Translations under genes and position numbers: made by a program
Shown here: in pieces, positions 16,618 to 26,438 of the stretch
Layout: the number at the start of each line of letters is the position of its first letter
How positions within the stretch are numbered: position 1 is the stretch's first letter
The notes under the pieces: generated by a model
Told to the model about the DNA's origin: nothing
Seen by the model: only the letters and a program-made list of their open reading frames with translations
Database searches by the model: none
Source: Bacilli bacterium
Lineage (GTDB): Bacteria > Bacillota_I > Bacilli_A > RF39 > UBA660
DNA length: 64,000 bases
Assembly: GCA_017450205.1 (NCBI GenBank)
Contig: JAFSVF010000001.1
Coordinates: forward strand, 75,189 to 139,188
Direction: 5' to 3'

Positions 16618-19041
16618 ATGAAAAAGATAGAAATTATTTTAATATTTTTTTTATTTGTAATAGTATCAATAGGAATGTTTTTAAAAAAATCATATGCTTC
16701 AAATGATACAATTACATCTACTACATATGAGATTAAAGATTCAACTATTTATGCAAAACCAACATCTAACGACTTATCAGTTGGTGAATTACTTGAAAAT
16801 CTAACTTTTTCTGAAGTAATAGATATTTATGATAGTAATAATAAAACTGTTGATGAAGATAAAAAGGTTGGTACTGATTTTAAAGTAAAAGTATCAAATA
16901 AAACTTATAAAGTAGTTGTTTTAGGAGATGTAACTGGAGAAGGAGTTATTAATTTAGGAGATGTTTCTAGAGTATATAATCACTACAAGAAAAAGACATC
17001 TTTAAACGGATCTTTTTTAACAGCAGGTAAAGTTACTGGTAATACTAGTATTTCATTTGGAGATGTTTCTAAATTATATAATTTCTATAAAGGTAAAAGT
17101 CCGTTTAGTTATTTTAGTAAAGATTATCCTGATGGTATTACTAATACAGTAAATAAAACTGTTAATACTATTAGTGATTTAAGAGCATATAATGCAAGTG
17201 TAGGTAAAGTAGTTAAAACAAAAGGATATTCATCAGCAAATGATGGTGGTGAAGCTAAGTATCAAATTGTAAAGAAAAGCAATCAAGTAATTGATAATGG
17301 TTTATATATTTTACTTGATAATGGAAATGTTGCTCAATTAATTATTGGAAGACAAACTGTTAATGTTAAACAATTTGGTGCTAAAGGTGATGGAACAACA
17401 AATGATTCAATAGCATTTAATAATGCAATAAATTCAGGCGCTGTAACTATAAAGATTCCTGATGGTACTTATAATATGAATAATACATTATTTACTTTAA
17501 CTAAATTTATGAGATTTGTTGGTAATGGTGAAACTAAGACAACAGTTAAGAATGGAACAATTAAAGCACCATATGGAGTAAGTGCTGAAGATATTACTTT
17601 TGATGGTGGATATACTCAAAACGTAGAATTCACAGGTGTTGGTCATGAAAAAAACGGGTCGGTAATTTTTGATGTAACTCCAACTGGTATTAGAGATGTT
17701 AGTTACAAAAATTGTACATTCAAAAATGTAACAGTAGCTTCTTATGCGAGACATGGAAGTGATATTGAAACTGATAAAACAAGATTAAGAAATGATACAG
17801 CAAAGGATTGTACTTTTACTAATCTTAGAAGAGTTGGTATATATCATACTGTACCTTTAAGTAATGGTACTTATCTAAATAATAGTTTTACTAATCTTGG
17901 TGGCTCAGATATGTTAAGAGGTATTATAAGTGGAATATTCCTTGGTGATGTAACAAATAATACATATTTCCAAGCTGATAATATACTTATCAAAGGAAAT
18001 ACATTTGATAATTTAGTTACAAAAGATAATTTTTTACCATCAAATGAACAAGAACATTGGACAAATTCTAATTTTATTGCAATCAGAGGATATAATGCAT
18101 TAATTGATAATAATACATTTACTAACTTAGTAGGTTATGGAAATGACCGTGAAGGTGTATATACGAAGATTCAAAACTTAACTATATCTAATAATACATT
18201 AATTAACGCTGGATTTGGCGAAGGTTATATATGTGCTAAAGCTCATGATGGTGAAGCAGTATTCAATGTAATTAATAATAATATTAGTGGTAGAGCAGGA
18301 ACTGGAATTAGAACATATGGTCCTGGAGATATAACTGGAAATACTATTAATATAGAAAATACTCCAGTAGCTATTCTTGCAACTACAAGTGGTACAGTTG
18401 GAGTAGGAAATACTCCACTAAACGTTAGTGGAAATACTATTACTTCAGGAACTGAGGTAGGAATAAATGTTAATGGGACTGATGTAAGTGATTATAGTGA
18501 TGATAATAAAATGGTATCACTTGTTAATGTACAAACACCTATAATATTAAATAATAATACTATTAGACCAACTACAAGTTTTAAAACTTATATTTCTATT
18601 ATAAATCCATATGATGATGTTACTATTGATAGTAATAAAATCTATCTTAGTAGTAATGAAGGAAATGATAAAGCGATTACTATAACAAATTCTAATGATG
18701 TTTATGATACATGTTTAAATAATACTACAACTATATCTGGTAATTATTTTGAATCATCAGGTAACACTAATGTGTTTGCTAGAGTCTCTTATTATCAAAG
18801 TAGTGGAAAAACAACAGGAAGAAAAATATATTTAAAAAATAATAATTTTAATTATACAGGTAGTCATGAATCATTTTATCCATTTAAATATGTAACTGGT
18901 TCTGCAAATAATGATAAATTATTTATTGAAGGTAATACTACTAATACTCCAAAGTCTAACACTTGGTTGTCAATTGATCCTAAAGAATATAGTATTGATA
19001 ATCCAGATTTTGCCCGAATATCCTATAGTTATAATTATTAG
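16618..19041 (+). CDS. Secreted right-handed beta-helix (pectate-lyase-3-like) protein with a dockerin-like EF-hand pair
   Basis: Signal or anchor peptide. GDVTGEGVINLGDVSRVYNHY followed by the degenerate second segment KVTGNTSISFGDVSKLYNFY. VNVKQFGAKGDGTTNDSIAFNNAI is typical of Pectate_lyase_3/tailspike-like beta-helices. Many NxxxGN-type helix rungs. Confidence 0.6.
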   Translation: MKKIEIILIFFLFVIVSIGMFLKKSYASNDTITSTTYEIKDSTIYAKPTSNDLSVGELLENLTFSEVIDIYDSNNKTVDEDKKVGTDFKVKVSNKTYKVVVLGDVTGEGVINLGDVSRVYNHYKKKTSLNGSFLTAGKVTGNTSISFGDVSKLYNFYKGKSPFSYFSKDYPDGITNTVNKTVNTISDLRAYNASVGKVVKTKGYSSANDGGEAKYQIVKKSNQVIDNGLYILLDNGNVAQLIIGRQTVNVKQFGAKGDGTTNDSIAFNNAINSGAVTIKIPDGTYNMNNTLFTLTKFMRFVGNGETKTTVKNGTIKAPYGVSAEDITFDGGYTQNVEFTGVGHEKNGSVIFDVTPTGIRDVSYKNCTFKNVTVASYARHGSDIETDKTRLRNDTAKDCTFTNLRRVGIYHTVPLSNGTYLNNSFTNLGGSDMLRGIISGIFLGDVTNNTYFQADNILIKGNTFDNLVTKDNFLPSNEQEHWTNSNFIAIRGYNALIDNNTFTNLVGYGNDREGVYTKIQNLTISNNTLINAGFGEGYICAKAHDGEAVFNVINNNISGRAGTGIRTYGPGDITGNTINIENTPVAILATTSGTVGVGNTPLNVSGNTITSGTEVGINVNGTDVSDYSDDNKMVSLVNVQTPIILNNNTIRPTTSFKTYISIINPYDDVTIDSNKIYLSSNEGNDKAITITNSNDVYDTCLNNTTTISGNYFESSGNTNVFARVSYYQSSGKTTGRKIYLKNNNFNYTGSHESFYPFKYVTGSANNDKLFIEGNTTNTPKSNTWLSIDPKEYSIDNPDFARISYSYNY

Positions 19042-19140
19042 AAGATATGATTTATTATGATAATAAAACTTTTTCTTGAAATATTTAAATTTTAAATGTA
19101 AAATATATGAACAAAGATTGTTTATATAGGGTTGGGTCAT

Positions 19141-19169
19141 TTGACGGTACTTATATTAAATGTTATAAT
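19141..19169 (+). promoter_or_regulatory. Near-consensus sigma-A promoter
   Basis: TTGACG, a 17-nt spacer ending in TGT (extended -10), then TATAAT. It lies about 33 nt upstream of the 19203 ATG. Confidence 0.6.
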
Positions 19170-19202
19170 TTAAATGTAATTAGGGAATAAGGGGGACGTT
19201 TT

Positions 19203-19628
19203 ATGAAAGGATTTATTCTAGATTACATCAATGAAAATGAGTTCCGTAAGTTGGAAAGAGCATTAAAGAAATATAATATGCTTGCATACAAAAAGCTAAA
19301 TTTCGATTACTATCCATCTTTACGTAGTGGTAAATTCCTTGGCGAATTAGTTAGTTCTGATTCTGTAAATAAAACAGAAACTTATGAACTAAAATTACCA
19401 AGTGATTTGTTGTTCACTCAAGTTCATGGTGAAGTTAAGTTAAAATATATTGTTTATAAAGATCAAAACGTTGTTATGTTAGAAACAATCATGCCAACAG
19501 ATATCTTACTTGAAGGTCATGTTGCAGAGCTTTCTACATACAAGGGTGTAATGATTTCTAAACAAAATGCTGAAAAAGATAAATTCATGATAAATCTATT
19601 CAGTGCATTAGATAATAATAAAAAGTAG
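19203..19628 (+). CDS. Hypothetical protein
   Basis: Strong SD (AAGGGGGA), its own promoter and its own terminator. No motif recognised. Confidence 0.5.
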   Translation: MKGFILDYINENEFRKLERALKKYNMLAYKKLNFDYYPSLRSGKFLGELVSSDSVNKTETYELKLPSDLLFTQVHGEVKLKYIVYKDQNVVMLETIMPTDILLEGHVAELSTYKGVMISKQNAEKDKFMINLFSALDNNKK

Positions 19629-19648
19629 AACATAGTTCTACTTTTTTT
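19625..19648 (+). terminator. Rho-independent terminator
   Basis: GTAGAAC / GTTCTAC stem followed by T7. It overlaps the stop codon. Confidence 0.7.
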
Positions 19649-19729
19649 GTATATATGTGTAAAATTTAATAGACTTGCCTTAAGTTATACTTATTAAATT
19701 GATATAATAATGAACTGGAGGCGAAATTT

Positions 19730-20089
19730 ATGATATTTTTCAACAAAGAAAAGAAACAACAAGATACTATCGATGGAATAAACGTTGTATACAACAATGA
19801 ATTAGGCTGTGTAGACGAGAAGGTAGAAAATATTATTGAAATAGTCTCAGCTGATGTTTATGATGAAAACGGAAACAAGTTTTATCAAAATTTTTCATCG
19901 TTAAATGAAGCTAATTATGCACTATGTGAATTAGCAGATAGAGGAGTAGTCGCTATAATTGGACCAAAGGGACCAATTAAAGATTATACAACTGGTAATT
20001 ATATTCCAAATCCAAATGAAGACGACATTGGAGTATATATTGTTTCTAATCTCTATAAAATGAAAAGAAAAGTAAGAGAAAAAAAGTAG
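19730..20089 (+). CDS. Hypothetical protein
   Basis: SD TGGAGG. No motif recognised. Confidence 0.5.
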   Translation: MIFFNKEKKQQDTIDGINVVYNNELGCVDEKVENIIEIVSADVYDENGNKFYQNFSSLNEANYALCELADRGVVAIIGPKGPIKDYTTGNYIPNPNEDDIGVYIVSNLYKMKRKVREKK

Positions 20090-20120
20090 TTTATTAATCG
20101 TAAACTACTTTTTATTTTTC
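20084..20120. terminator. Bidirectional terminator between convergent genes
   Basis: AAGTAGTTTA / TAAACTACTT stem flanked by an A-run and a T-run. Confidence 0.6.
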
Positions 20121-20809
20121 TTATATAATAATTTTTCTTTTGATTTTTGTATATGTTCTTTTTCAATAGCATCTATTTGTTTTTCTATAATATTAATGTA
20201 TCTTTTATCTTCAGTAATAGTTTTTTCGATATCTTCTTTACTATCTACTTTAATAAAAGAATCTCTAAGTTGACTATAACAATCAGAAATTGGTTCTAGT
20301 GTATTAGGGTCTACTACGAATAATAATTTTTGATTACCAATTTTAAAAGAGTTTATTTCTTTTTCTACATATAATTTAGTATCATTAAGATTTTCATTAG
20401 AATTATATATTTTTATAAATGTTCCATCTAACCAGTTTGCATTATTTAACATTGTATTATCTTTAATTGAATAAATACCAGATGAACGGTAAGGACCAGA
20501 GTTACCCCAATAAGAGAATAGAATTCTATCATCTGTAATAAAAGAGAAACAATTAAATGACTTAGAAAATATATTAATAGGTTGTGAATTTACCATTTTG
20601 TATCTTATAATTTCAAAATCATCAAAATTAACTCTTTTAAAAACTAAAAATTCATCATTAGTTACTTGTTCAATTCCAATAATATGATTTAAAAAATAAG
20701 TATTATTATATTTCTTATCTATAAGTTTATATGAATGGTAATTCTTATTATCTATTTCAATAATATCCCATCTATCATTATTGATTTTTGTACCATACAA
20801 TCTACTCAT
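20105..20809 (-). CDS. Hypothetical protein
   Basis: SD AGGAGG upstream of the ATG at 20809. No motif recognised. Confidence 0.5.
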   Translation of the reverse strand: MSRLYGTKINNDRWDIIEIDNKNYHSYKLIDKKYNNTYFLNHIIGIEQVTNDEFLVFKRVNFDDFEIIRYKMVNSQPINIFSKSFNCFSFITDDRILFSYWGNSGPYRSSGIYSIKDNTMLNNANWLDGTFIKIYNSNENLNDTKLYVEKEINSFKIGNQKLLFVVDPNTLEPISDCYSQLRDSFIKVDSKEDIEKTITEDKRYINIIEKQIDAIEKEHIQKSKEKLLYKKNKK

Positions 20810-20848
20810 AATAACCTCCTATAATTAGAAATTATTATAACATAAATT

Positions 20849-20881
20849 AAAAAAAAAAATCAATTCTATTTAGAATTGATT
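20849..20881 (-). terminator. Orphan minus-strand rho-independent terminator
   Basis: ATCAATTCTA / AGAATTGAT stem followed on the minus strand by T11. No annotated minus-strand gene ends here. Confidence 0.6.
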
Positions 20882-21075
20882 AATTTACTTAATGGTGCCT
20901 TGATTGATTATGTACACAACCAACATTAATTCGTATAATATAGAACCATCTAAATATATTATATCATATAAAAATAATAAAATATATTTTATTTTTCATA
21001 TTGTAAAATTAATTTAATGATTTATATAATAATTCTTATTTTAAATTATTTTATAATTTAAAATAGGTGATCAGG

Positions 21076-21288
21076 ATGAAAGAAACAATTACAAAATTTA
21101 TTATATTCTTTGGTTTATTCTTTTTATTAGTTAATGCTATTGGTTATATTTTCAATATAAACTCTTTTGTTACTGTATTAAAGAATCCAAATGGTTATGG
21201 GGGTTTTTCTAAAAGTAATATTCCAACCATTTTAAGTTTTTTATTAACAACATTTGTTATTATGATAAGAAAGTTCAAGAATAAATGA
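21076..21288 (+). CDS. Small two-TM membrane protein
   Basis: ATG at 21076 after the AGGTGA SD. The product is about 70 aa with two hydrophobic helices. Confidence 0.4.
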   Translation: MKETITKFIIFFGLFFLLVNAIGYIFNINSFVTVLKNPNGYGGFSKSNIPTILSFLLTTFVIMIRKFKNK

Positions 21289-21658
21289 GGTTATTTATGA
21301 TTATTTTAAGAAATGTGGAGAAAAAAATAATAATTTAGAAATATTAAAAATGTTAATTTGTGTTTACCGTCACATGGATTGGTTTTAATTAGGTGAATCA
21401 ATGGTTCGGTTAAAATTACTTTATTAAATATAATTAGTGCTTTAGATAAAGCAACTTCTGGTAATTTTTCATTTTCATTTCCTCCTTTGATAAAACAAAG
21501 AAACATTAAAATATATTATAGTCACACTTATTGTAGTTTTTACAATAAAACTGGAATTTCAAAATATAATTCACGTTTTTTACAAAATATAAATAATTAA
21601 TATTTTTTATGAATTATTTTTATGATATAATTCTTTTTAAGAAAAGGTGTGTGTAAAT

Positions 21659-22108
21659 ATGAAAATTTTTAAATATTGTTTTTTATTTTTTATCTTGTGT
21701 TTGATTTTAACAATAGAATCAGCAATAGCTGCAAGATATAGTTCAACTGGTATTGTAGGAATTTTTTATGAAATAAAAGCTAGAAAAACAGTTGATACTG
21801 GTGAAGAGTGGACTAAGAAACAAGGTAGTGTTCAATCATATAATTTCCAAAAAGCATGGACAACTTTGACTGATCCATGTAATAATTGTCATTTTAAAGT
21901 TAATCTTTATATGGGCAATGTGTTGTATGGATATACTGATGGTTATATTGGTGATAATATTTATTTAGATAATAAACTATTAAATCAATCTGCTCAATTA
22001 GGTAATTATAAAATAAAAATTAATAGAATTGATAATACTTTATTAACTACTTGGCATGTTGGTGATTGGTATATTGATAAGACGAATCCAAATGCTGTAT
22101 ATAAGTAA
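21659..22108 (+). CDS. Small secreted protein (Sec signal peptide, about 125-aa mature form)
   Basis: ATG at 21659. The signal peptide ends ESAIA/ARY. The mature part is Trp/Tyr/Gly-rich with a single CNNC pair. First gene of the AT-rich ABC cluster. Confidence 0.55.
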   Translation: MKIFKYCFLFFILCLILTIESAIAARYSSTGIVGIFYEIKARKTVDTGEEWTKKQGSVQSYNFQKAWTTLTDPCNNCHFKVNLYMGNVLYGYTDGYIGDNIYLDNKLLNQSAQLGNYKIKINRIDNTLLTTWHVGDWYIDKTNPNAVYK

Positions 22109-22117
22109 GAGGCGTGT

Positions 22118-22987
22118 ATGTTTTTTAAAAAAAATATACTTAATGTTTTATTCTTGATTTGTATTTTAGCTATTTTTTTAAATAATTTTATTATAGCAAA
22201 TCGTGATTATAAATTAATACTATTAAATAATAATAAAAAAAATGAATATTGTCTTCGTTTGAATGGTGAATATAACAATGAAGATGAAGAGAATATGTGT
22301 GAATTTTATTTATCCGACGATTATAATATTAGTTTTTTAGATGTATTTTTAAATTTGTCGTTCAACGGATTTCAATTACATTTTTTGATTATAATAATGA
22401 TTATTATTTTGTGTATTTGTTATTATAATAATTCAATTATTAAAAATGGTGTTTATTCATTTTTTTTGAGTAGAATATCATATTATAAATTTTTGAAAAA
22501 ATTAATTTTTAGAAGTTATTTACCTTGTTTTATATATGTCTTTGTTTTAACTTTTTTTTATATTTTGTATTTTGTTAGATTTGGCTCGTTTAGTGATTTA
22601 AGTAAATTAATTGGTAATTATTCAATCTTATTATTTGTTATAACTAGTATTATTGTAACTCTATTAAATTTTATGGGTTATGCTAATATATGTTTAATTG
22701 TAATGAGAAAGAAAATGAATTATTTCTTAACTTGTATAATTTCTTTTGTTATTATTATGCTAAGTGATTTATTTTTTGAGGTGATTTTTGATACTTTTTT
22801 AAATATTGCTTTTAAATTTGACAGTTCGTATATGTTTGGAAACATATTAGCAAGAGATTATATAAATGAAAGTATTCCATTTGTTAGAAATATTTTTATT
22901 CCTATTATTTTTTTTGTTATATCATTTATTATAATGATAAAAGAGTATAGTTCAAAAGAAAAAATGTTTATTGATTTAAATGATTGA
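22118..22987 (+). CDS. Polytopic membrane protein, ABC-2-type permease-like
   Basis: N-terminal TM, an extracytoplasmic loop, then about 5 TM helices. Immediately precedes the ABC ATPase. Confidence 0.5.
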   Translation: MFFKKNILNVLFLICILAIFLNNFIIANRDYKLILLNNNKKNEYCLRLNGEYNNEDEENMCEFYLSDDYNISFLDVFLNLSFNGFQLHFLIIIMIIILCICYYNNSIIKNGVYSFFLSRISYYKFLKKLIFRSYLPCFIYVFVLTFFYILYFVRFGSFSDLSKLIGNYSILLFVITSIIVTLLNFMGYANICLIVMRKKMNYFLTCIISFVIIMLSDLFFEVIFDTFLNIAFKFDSSYMFGNILARDYINESIPFVRNIFIPIIFFVISFIIMIKEYSSKEKMFIDLND

Positions 22988-22997
22988 TGGTGATTTT

Positions 22998-23639
22998 ATG
23001 AAAATTAATGTTAATAATATTTATAAAAAATTTGGAGATAACGTCGTTTTGGATAATGTTAATGTGTCATTTGAATCTGGTAAAATATATGGATTGGTTG
23101 GTAGAAATGGGTCGGGTAAGTCGGTCTTTTTGAAAATTTTATGTGGATTTTATAAACCAAATAGTGGAAATGTTTTATTTGATAATTATGATTATATAGA
23201 TAATAATAAGTACCCAACTATGTTAAGAGCATTGGTTGAAAAACCACAGTTTTTCCCTGAACTTAGTGGTTTTACTAATTTAAAAATTTTAGCTGAAATT
23301 CAAAAAAAAATTGGGGAGGACCAAATTAATTATGCTTTAGATATTGTTAATTTAAAAGAAGAAAAAAACAAGAAAGTTTATAAATATTCCTTAGGTATGA
23401 AACAAAAATTAGGAATTGCTCAAGCAATTATGGAAAATCCTGATATTATTGTACTTGACGAACCTTTTAACGGAATTGAAAGAGATAGTGTAAATAAAAT
23501 AAAAAATTACTTATTAAAGTTAAAAAAAGAAGATAAACTAATAATTATTAGTACACATATTAAAGAAGACATTATAGATTTAGCAGATTCTATTTATGAA
23601 TTTGATTCTGGGAAAATTAATGAAGTTAAAATTGTTTAA
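22998..23639 (+). CDS. ABC transporter ATP-binding protein
   Basis: Walker A GRNGSGKS, signature YSLGMKQKL, Walker B IIVLDEP, H-loop STH. Confidence 0.85.
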   Translation: MKINVNNIYKKFGDNVVLDNVNVSFESGKIYGLVGRNGSGKSVFLKILCGFYKPNSGNVLFDNYDYIDNNKYPTMLRALVEKPQFFPELSGFTNLKILAEIQKKIGEDQINYALDIVNLKEEKNKKVYKYSLGMKQKLGIAQAIMENPDIIVLDEPFNGIERDSVNKIKNYLLKLKKEDKLIIISTHIKEDIIDLADSIYEFDSGKINEVKIV

Positions 23640-24339
23640 ATATCCCTTAATTAATTATAGTTTACTTCTTATAAAAAAATTTTTTTCAAGAGATAAATGT
23701 GTAGTTATATTTTTATTATTGTTTTTTTTGGAACTAATGAAATGTTTTTTGTATAGACCATTGTTCAATTTTTGGTATAACATTCATTTTTCACTTTCGT
23801 GTGGCTTTTTAACTATTATTTATTTTTTTATAGTTATTATATCTATATTACGTTTTTTAAAAATACTTTCTATTAATGAAATATATAATAGGGTTGGAAC
23901 AATGAAAGAAATTATTTATATAATTTTATTTTCTTCGTTTTTTTTGTGCACTGTTATATTTGTTTCTTACTTTATTCTTAATATCAGTTTTTCATTATTG
24001 TTTTCTTTTAATAATTTTGATTTTAATTCTTTACCATTTAATTTGAATGGAATTATATATATTTTTTTTGAAACTATTAGATATTATATATATTCTATAT
24101 TATTTTCGCTATTATTTACTATTATTTTCTTTTTTGTTGAAAATAGGGTGTTTTATTTTATAATTGTTTTATTAATTGAATTTTTTATTACATATTATTT
24201 TTGGAATGAAATTAATTTTGTTTCATTATTAATTGAAAGGCAGTTTTCAAGTTTTATGTTAGAATTAGTTTATTCTTTGATTTGTATGTTTTTGATGATT
24301 TTAAATTTAAAAATTGTTCTTGAGATTATAAAAAAGTGA
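23620..24339 (+). CDS. Polytopic membrane protein (putative permease subunit)
   Basis: Multiple TM helices with extreme F/I/L/Y content. The start is uncertain (23596 or 23620) and overlaps the ATPase stop. Confidence 0.45.
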   Translation: MKLKLFKYPLINYSLLLIKKFFSRDKCVVIFLLLFFLELMKCFLYRPLFNFWYNIHFSLSCGFLTIIYFFIVIISILRFLKILSINEIYNRVGTMKEIIYIILFSSFFLCTVIFVSYFILNISFSLLFSFNNFDFNSLPFNLNGIIYIFFETIRYYIYSILFSLLFTIIFFFVENRVFYFIIVLLIEFFITYYFWNEINFVSLLIERQFSSFMLELVYSLICMFLMILNLKIVLEIIKK

Positions 24340-24351
24340 AAGAAGGTAAAT

Positions 24352-24984
24352 ATGTTTTTGTGGTTTTTGACTATTATTCAAAGTTATAAAAAAAATTTTT
24401 TCCTTTGGATCTTTTTTTACTTTATTCTTGTTTTGGATTTTTTTAGATTCAAATCTATTTATATTAGTAATGAATATAATTTTATGAAATTAATGAGTTT
24501 ATTTACAATTGATTATAGCAATATTCAATCTTCTTTTCTTTGTTTATTGTTTTTTTTAATTAATATAATTTTTTTTATTTTTCTTTTTGATTATATAAAA
24601 GAAAAATGTTTTGAAAATATTATTTTACGATTTGATTCATGTATGTATTTTATATATTCAATAATAGTTTTTGAATTAGTTATTTTATTAAATTATACTT
24701 TTTGTTTTATGTTTTTGTGTTATTTATATGGATTTTATGTAATTATAATTATTAGAGTTTTAATTTTAATTTTAAATACCAGTTTAATTATGTTAGTATT
24801 ATATTCTCTATTTATTATTAATTATAAAAGTATTATATATTATATTATTCCGTTTATTATTGTTATTTTAATTTTTTTTAATAATATGATTTTAAAACTT
24901 ATCGGGTTTATAATCATATTAATTTTTGATTTATTTTTATACAAAAAATTTTTGAATAATAAATTGAAAGTTGATAACGACTAA
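24352..24984 (+). CDS. Polytopic membrane protein (putative permease subunit)
   Basis: Multiple TM helices. SD GAAGG upstream. Confidence 0.45.
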   Translation: MFLWFLTIIQSYKKNFFLWIFFYFILVLDFFRFKSIYISNEYNFMKLMSLFTIDYSNIQSSFLCLLFFLINIIFFIFLFDYIKEKCFENIILRFDSCMYFIYSIIVFELVILLNYTFCFMFLCYLYGFYVIIIIRVLILILNTSLIMLVLYSLFIINYKSIIYYIIPFIIVILIFFNNMILKLIGFIIILIFDLFLYKKFLNNKLKVDND

Positions 24985-25005
24985 GAGATATAGTCGTTTT
25001 CTTTT
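24976..25005. terminator. Hairpin at the convergent junction of the ABC operon and the mob gene
   Basis: AACGACTA / TAGTCGTT stem with a T-rich 3' flank. It overlaps both stop codons. Confidence 0.5.
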
Positions 25006-26414
25006 GCTCTAGACATTTCTTTAACTCTTTCTTGTTTATAGTATTCTGCTTCATCTTCCATCTCTTGATTAATCTTATGAAGTGCTTGATTAATTTGTGA
25101 TTTTGATATACCAAATATAGGTTTTAATATTACTCTGTGTTCAGCTTCAGAAATAAGTCCGTTTTCTTTAAACTTCTTACTTACTTGTTTATATGTATTA
25201 GCTGTATAATAATCTTTATGATTAGCACCTTTAACTAATTGTTCAACTAAATCCATATGTTGCTTATCAATAACACTTTTTAAAAAATCTTGAGCATTTA
25301 AATCACTTTTATGTTGTTTCTCAAACTTTTGGTTTGATTTTATCAATTTATCATTTTCTTTTTGAAGATCATAATTTCTTTTTATTAAATATTTTGCTTT
25401 ATCTTTTATTCTTAATAAATCAGGATAGATATATCTTAATTCTTCAAATTCTTTTGCCATTTCTTTTGCTTCGTTTGTTAACTCAAGAAATTTATTAAAT
25501 TGTTTTTCAGTAAATGTATAATTACCAAATTTATCTTTTTCTACATTTAAAAGTATATCTACATATTCATCATCATATTTACCAATATTTTTTGAAATAT
25601 TAGATATTCTTTCCATACTTTCTTTTTTTGCTTCAGTTTGTTTAACTAATTCTACATAGTTTTCCATATCTTTTAAATGGATATTAAATGTTCTACCTTT
25701 TTGCTTATCTTTAAGTTCCATTTTATTATCTTCATCAAGTTCATATATTTCATTATATTCATTTATACATTTTTCTCTCATGTAGTCTTGTATCTTTTCT
25801 AATTTATCTTTAGTAAAGACTGAAGACTTACTAACTTGAACTGATAAACCTCTAGAACAATTATATTTAATTGGTACACCAACAATATGCATATGAGGTG
25901 ATCCTTCATCTAAATGAACTACAGCAGAGCATATTTTAAAGTCCGGAACTTTAGTTTCTAAATCTTTTAATTGCAGATTAAATACTTTAACCATCTTTTG
26001 TTTATGTTCTAATGTTTGTTGGTTCCAAAATTCTAGATTTCCAAGTTCAATAATAATTTCACAAGCCAAATCTTTTTGTTCATTATCTGATACATGCTTA
26101 AAATAATCATCTATCATTCTACTAGGTCTTGATTGTTTAGAGTTGTATTCTAATCTAGATTTTTCAAACATATCTAAATAGAGTTCTTTTACATCTTCAA
26201 CAACATCTCCAGATCCACGAAGTCCATAAATATATTCTGTATCTCCATTATACTTTCTAAAATCATGATTATTAACCTTTGATAATTGTCTTGCATTTTG
26301 AATTGCATTATTTGCATATGAGGTTGTTCCACTTAAATTATTTTTACTTTTTGCTTTTGCTTTTTTAGACTTGTTTCCATCATTACCAAGATGAAACGAA
26401 TAAGCTAATTCCAA
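24981..26414 (-). CDS. mob: MobV-family (Mob/Pre) relaxase
   Basis: Motif III HxDExxPHxH is present as VVHLDEGSPHMHIVGVP, and an HxxR-like NNHDFRKY lies upstream. Long coiled-coil C-terminus. TTG start 8 nt after AAGGAGG. Confidence 0.8.
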   Translation of the reverse strand: MELAYSFHLGNDGNKSKKAKAKSKNNLSGTTSYANNAIQNARQLSKVNNHDFRKYNGDTEYIYGLRGSGDVVEDVKELYLDMFEKSRLEYNSKQSRPSRMIDDYFKHVSDNEQKDLACEIIIELGNLEFWNQQTLEHKQKMVKVFNLQLKDLETKVPDFKICSAVVHLDEGSPHMHIVGVPIKYNCSRGLSVQVSKSSVFTKDKLEKIQDYMREKCINEYNEIYELDEDNKMELKDKQKGRTFNIHLKDMENYVELVKQTEAKKESMERISNISKNIGKYDDEYVDILLNVEKDKFGNYTFTEKQFNKFLELTNEAKEMAKEFEELRYIYPDLLRIKDKAKYLIKRNYDLQKENDKLIKSNQKFEKQHKSDLNAQDFLKSVIDKQHMDLVEQLVKGANHKDYYTANTYKQVSKKFKENGLISEAEHRVILKPIFGISKSQINQALHKINQEMEDEAEYYKQERVKEMSRAKENDYIS

Positions 26415-26438
26415 AAAATATTCCTCCTTAAATATGGA

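Noticed and set aside
21306-21506. 66-aa minus-strand ORF in the 21.3-21.6 kb intergenic region.
   Set aside because: The strong SD there (AAAGGAGG) is in frame only with a 14-codon ORF, not with the 66-aa frame. There is no terminator or motif. It is probably a chance ORF in AT-rich DNA.
21000-25000. Possible CRISPR array or other spaced repeats in the AT-rich island.
   Set aside because: I found no regularly spaced direct repeats. The apparent repetitiveness is low-complexity A/T-rich coding sequence for hydrophobic membrane proteins.
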